Below are positions 60,725 through 64,000 of a DNA stretch of 64,000 nucleotides, in pieces. Location: the IMG/VR virus record IMGVR_UViG_3300049052_000033, positions 1 through 64,000 of that record, one strand, 5' to 3'. The position numbers and the translations under genes are program-made. This stretch comes from a virus. Taxonomy: Duplodnaviria > Caudoviricetes. How positions within the stretch are numbered: the first letter of the stretch is position 1; every line of letters begins with the position of its first letter. The notes beneath the pieces are model-generated. The model was not told the origin of the DNA, made no database searches, and worked only from the letters and a program-made list of their open reading frames with translations.

Positions 60725-60985
60725 ATGAGTAAAGTGGTATCCCGCCTGACCCGCATTGCAACCGGTAGCATGACCTCTGATCGTACTGAAGCCGCGGCGC
60801 TCTACGCCCTGGCACAAGCCTATCGCCGCGCGTCGCGGGCCGATCAGGCCTATTTACTGGCGGTGGCCCAAGACCTGGGCCGTGGCGAAGATTTGGAAAT
60901 GGAGCAAGTCGTGGCCCGCATGCCGGCGCCGGCTTCCCGTGGAAGGTTACGCTTGGTTCAGGGCGGCGGGCGGCAGAGCCGGTAA
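60725..60985 (+). CDS. Small protein resembling the CI C-terminal domain (candidate antirepressor)
   Basis: AAAGG RBS; residues 28-51 align ungapped with CI residues 106-129; divergent from luxR and convergent with cI. Confidence 0.6.
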   Translation: MSKVVSRLTRIATGSMTSDRTEAAALYALAQAYRRASRADQAYLLAVAQDLGRGEDLEMEQVVARMPAPASRGRLRLVQGGGRQSR

Positions 60986-61393
60986 CTCCCCTGCAGGCTT
61001 TTTCTCAATCCGTGCGGCCGACAGCAGCAGCTGTCGCTGGCCGGCATCGGTGCCCATGCGGAAGTGGTGCAGCAGTTCCATCTCCTTCGTCCCCTCGACG
61101 AAAACCAGCAAATACTCCGGCTGCTGCCGACGCGGGCCGGTGGGGATCGTCTGGACCTGGCCATCGATGTCGCCATACAACAAGTAGGATTCGGTCACCC
61201 CGAAGTGCATGGCCAGCTTGGTCAGCATGGCAGGGCGTGGAAGCTGCGGGCCAGTCAGCCATTTGCTGACCGCTTGCGGCGAAGTCCCGACGATGCGCGC
61301 AAGTTCGGACTGGTTGCCGTCGTGATATTCGTGCAGTAAGGCTCTGAGGCGGTCCGCGAAAGTTTCCGGCGCCTTCTCTTTCATTTGTTCCAT
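60947..61393 (-). CDS. cI: CI-like XRE/HTH repressor without an S24 autopeptidase domain
   Basis: FADRLRALL...NQSELARIVGTSPQAVSKW HTH; only 148 aa; divergent from cro. Confidence 0.88.
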   Translation of the reverse strand: MEQMKEKAPETFADRLRALLHEYHDGNQSELARIVGTSPQAVSKWLTGPQLPRPAMLTKLAMHFGVTESYLLYGDIDGQVQTIPTGPRRQQPEYLLVFVEGTKEMELLHHFRMGTDAGQRQLLLSAARIEKKPAGELPALPPAALNQA

Positions 61394-61402
61394 TGCAATA
61401 GG

Positions 61403-61469
61403 TTACAACGTTTCGTTGTAAATGGCACTTCAATATTTTGTTGTAGAAACCCCTCTGTTGTTTTAATAT
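61403..61469. promoter_or_regulatory. cI/cro operator pair and rightward promoter
   Basis: TTACAAC-GTTTC-GTTGTAA (61403-61421), CTTCAAT-ATTTT-GTTGTAG (61428-61446); TTGTAG-N17-TAATAT (61441-61469). Confidence 0.8.
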
Positions 61470-61504
61470 TTTGGTTCAATAGTTTTTGCCAATGGAAACA
61501 GGAA

Positions 61505-61702
61505 TTGAGTACAGGAATAGCAAAGGCAGTGGAGCTTGCCGGCAATTCGCAGACAGGCCTCGCTAAAGCCATCGGGTTGACCCCGCAGGCCGTACAGCGC
61601 TGGGTGTCGCTGGGCCGCACTTCCGCGCAGGGCGCTGTGCTGATTGAAAAGGCCTACCCGGGCCGCATTACGCGCGCCGAACTCTGTCCGATCTTCGCCT
61701 GA
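61505..61702 (+). CDS. cro: Cro-like repressor (YdaS type)
   Basis: TTG start; KAVELAGNSQTGLAKAIGLTPQAVQRW HTH; TRAELCP C-terminus. Confidence 0.85.
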   Translation: MSTGIAKAVELAGNSQTGLAKAIGLTPQAVQRWVSLGRTSAQGAVLIEKAYPGRITRAELCPIFA

Positions 61703-61732
61703 CCTGGCACACACCCACCACAAGGATTTCGC

Positions 61733-62035
61733 ATGACCAACGAAACCACTGCAGTAGAGACTGAACTGGAATTCTCGCGTTCCTCGCTACTTGACGAGGT
61801 TCAATTATCTCCGGAAGTGACCAGCCGGTCACGCAAGAATCAATCGGTAATCTTGCAAAAGATGCAGGAAGTGACGGGCGTTGAGTTGGCGGCCCGCATG
61901 GGCTTCCACGAATCCCAGATTTCGCGCTTCAAGAATGGCCCGTTGCAGTTCGCTGCCTGCCTGCTGGCAGCAGCAGGCCTGAAAGTGGTGCCGGCCGACG
62001 CCGTGGTCTATGTCAAGCCGACCGAGTACGAATGA
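61733..62035 (+). CDS. cII: CII-family transcriptional regulator
   Basis: SRKNQSVILQKM...LAARMGFHESQISRFK...LLAAAGLKVVP; position after cro. Confidence 0.8.
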   Translation: MTNETTAVETELEFSRSSLLDEVQLSPEVTSRSRKNQSVILQKMQEVTGVELAARMGFHESQISRFKNGPLQFAACLLAAAGLKVVPADAVVYVKPTEYE

Positions 62036-62211
62036 TGCGTACTCCAGAGCAGTCGATTCCCACCTTGCCCCAGGTGCCACCGATGCCGATCGAGCCGGCG
62101 CACGTCATGCGGAAAGCTGACTACGCCCGGCAAGTGGAGCAATCCCGGTAACAGGGCGAAAAAAAGCCCGGCTGCAACCGGGCTTCCTTCCACTACTTGT
62201 ATTCATTGCTC

Positions 62212-62541
62212 ATGAACATCAAAACTGTACCACAGCAGGCGGAGCTTTGCCGCAACCATGCCCTCACGTCGCTGGCGGCCCATTCGAACGGCCTGACCGT
62301 GCGCGAACTCCAGCAGCTGCTGCCCCCGAAGACCGTGCGCCAGCAGGACCTGCAGGCCGCCATTGACGTCCTGCAAGACGAAGGCGAGGTCGACTACGAG
62401 CAGCGCCGATCGGAAACCAAAGTGTACTTCCTGGCGAAGCGTCCACCACGCGCCCGTATCGTGCGCGTCGCCGCCCACTCACTGCCACCCGTGCAAATGG
62501 CCCCGCGTACCTGGTTCGCCGCACTGGGGGCCACAGCATGA
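62212..62541 (+). CDS. Hypothetical winged-helix-like protein
   Basis: GLTVRELQQLL...AIDVLQDEGEV...VYFL pattern. Confidence 0.55.
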   Translation: MNIKTVPQQAELCRNHALTSLAAHSNGLTVRELQQLLPPKTVRQQDLQAAIDVLQDEGEVDYEQRRSETKVYFLAKRPPRARIVRVAAHSLPPVQMAPRTWFAALGATA

Positions 62542-62714
62542 TGTACGACCTGGCCCGAAACGAGCGGCAACACCGCGCCATATCCACGGAGAGCGTGTCC
62601 GGAGCTTATTCCCCTATGAAGACCTGCACGGGCGAGTGCCGCCGTCGCCGGTCCATTACCCAATTCAAAAGCGGCAGCAGTGTGTGCATGCGCTGCGCCC
62701 GGAGAACTGCATGA
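62538..62714 (+). CDS. Small zinc-finger-like protein (58 aa; not in the ORF track)
   Basis: ATGA coupling at both ends; CTGEC and CMRC. Confidence 0.55.
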   Translation: MMYDLARNERQHRAISTESVSGAYSPMKTCTGECRRRRSITQFKSGSSVCMRCARRTA

Positions 62715-63799
62715 GTTTCTTGCACGTCATATCCGTATCGGGCGGCAAAGACAGCGCGGCAACGCTGCTGCTGGCTATCGCCCGCTTCGGCAAGCACACC
62801 GTCCGCCCGATTTTCTGTGACACCGGTAACGAAGACGACCACGTCTACGACTACCTCGACTATCTGGAAGACGTCACGGGACTGACGATCGTCCGCTTAA
62901 AGGCGGATTTCGCCGACCAGTTCCCACGCAAGCGCATGTTCATCGCCCGCGACGTCCGGACCCGTCGCGAGTATGACATCAAGCCCGTGGTCGACGCGGA
63001 GGGCAATCCGGTCTACCAGCGCGACGCGCGCGGTCAGATCGTATTGAACAGCAAGGGCAAGCCGGTCCAGAAACAGCGAAAGGTGGGAGGCGGTCGACGC
63101 GTGCGCTGGACCAACAAGGCCAAGCGCCGAGCCTTGGCGGCGCTGCACCCGACCGGGAATCCCTTCCTCGACCTCTGCATGCTGAAAGGGCGATTCCCCA
63201 GCCGGCGCGCCCAGTTCTGCACCGAGGAACTGAAACGCAATATCGCGGTCGAGTACCAGCTGGAACTCATGGACCAAGGCTACACGGTCATTTCGTGGCA
63301 GGGCGTCCGTCGCGACGAGTCCGACGCCCGTAAGGACGTGCGGTCCGTGGAGCGCGTGGGTCCACAGTTGTGGATCTATCGCCCCATCGCGGCCTGGACC
63401 GCCAACCAGGTATTCATCTACTGCGCGTCGCAAGGCGTTAAGCCGAATCCCCTGTATCTGCAGGATATGAGCCGTGTAGGCTGCATGTACTGCATCAACG
63501 CCAACAAGGATGAAATCCGTGCAGTGGCGCTGCGCTTCCCGCAACATCCGCGGCGCATCGCCGCGTGGGAAATGATCGTCTCGCGATGCTCAAAACGCGG
63601 GTTCTCCACCTTCTTCCACAAGGTCGACGGGCTGACTGGCTCCCCGGCGTCCATCTTTGAACAGTGCAAGATTGAAACCGTAATGCAATGGGCCAAAACT
63701 TCACGCGGCGGCCGTCAATTCTCGCTGCTGACGGCGTTGGAAGAACCAACGGGATGCTCGTCCTCTTACGGGCTGTGCGATGCGGCCGCGGCGAACTGA
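62711..63799 (+). CDS. PAPS-reductase-family (PP-loop) protein
   Basis: [10 protein letters not shown]-loop, [27 protein letters not shown]-terminal GCSSSYGLC. Confidence 0.88.
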   Translation: MSFLHVISVSGGKDSAATLLLAIARFGKHTVRPIFCDTGNEDDHVYDYLDYLEDVTGLTIVRLKADFADQFPRKRMFIARDVRTRREYDIKPVVDAEGNPVYQRDARGQIVLNSKGKPVQKQRKVGGGRRVRWTNKAKRRALAALHPTGNPFLDLCMLKGRFPSRRAQFCTEELKRNIAVEYQLELMDQGYTVISWQGVRRDESDARKDVRSVERVGPQLWIYRPIAAWTANQVFIYCASQGVKPNPLYLQDMSRVGCMYCINANKDEIRAVALRFPQHPRRIAAWEMIVSRCSKRGFSTFFHKVDGLTGSPASIFEQCKIETVMQWAKTSRGGRQFSLLTALEEPTGCSSSYGLCDAAAAN

Positions 63800-63813
63800 T
63801 GGAGGGCCTGAAC

Positions 63814-64000
63814 ATGGAAATTACACGTCCAGCGCTGCGGTACCACGGCGGTAAATTCCGCCTTGCCGACTGGATCCAGTCGTTCTTCCCTGCGCATACC
63901 TGCTACGTCGAACCGTTTGGCGGCGCCGCCGGCGTCCTGCTGCAGAAAGAGCGCTGCTATGCCGAGGTCTATAACGACCTGGACGGTATGGTGGTCAACT
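63814..64000 (+). CDS. DNA adenine methyltransferase, D12/Dam class (truncated by the window edge)
   Basis: [26 protein letters not shown] motifs; GGAGG RBS. Confidence 0.88.
   Translation, partial: MEITRPALRYHGGKFRLADWIQSFFPAHTCYVEPFGGAAGVLLQKERCYAEVYNDLDGMVVN

Larger units (their letters stand above)
1..64000. mobile_element. Temperate phage-plasmid (podovirus-like virion genes plus Rep/ParAB plasmid replicon), incomplete at the window edge
   Basis: Terminase, portal, capsid, tail and lysis genes, cI/cro/cII, Rep, ParA, ParB and a tyrosine recombinase all lie in one contiguous block with no host housekeeping genes. Confidence 0.9.

Noticed and set aside
1-64000. Linear N15-like lifestyle (protelomerase and telomere palindrome)
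   Set aside because: No protelomerase and no long telRL-type palindrome in the window; a resolvase plus ParAB points to a circular plasmid state, although sequence beyond the window is unseen.

Overview
The whole 64 kb window is one GC-rich temperate phage-plasmid (a phage kept as a plasmid prophage). No host housekeeping genes are visible, and the element runs off at least the right edge. The host is probably a betaproteobacterium such as an Oxalobacteraceae member; this is inferred from gene content and not proven. Left to right it contains: (i) accessory genes (SRAP, KAP NTPase, a LexA-box gene) and a small tRNA cluster; (ii) podovirus-like morphogenesis genes (TerS/TerL, portal, scaffold, N4-gp56-type major capsid, adaptors, tail fibres, GH19 lysis cassette, ejection proteins, and a 3418-aa polyvalent PLxRFG protein); (iii) a leftward early/accessory arm (C5 methyltransferase, ASCH, H-NS, HEPN-like, PRTase+SLOG pair); (iv) a plasmid maintenance block (tyrosine recombinase, ColE2-type Rep with a candidate antisense RNA, ParA/ParB, three palindrome+IHF parS-like sites); (v) a cI/cro/cII switch, then a PAPS-reductase-family gene and a truncated Dam-type methylase. 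The most striking region is 58.3-61.7 kb, directly beside the switch. It encodes a homolog of the alpha-hydroxyketone quorum-sensing regulator LqsR/JqsR with Glu at the phosphoacceptor position, an orphan LuxR with intact AHL-pocket residues, and a small protein resembling the C-terminal domain of a CI that has no protease domain. Together these suggest a quorum-sensing-coupled lysis/lysogeny circuit. All family assignments come from motif recognition by eye; no database searches were run.
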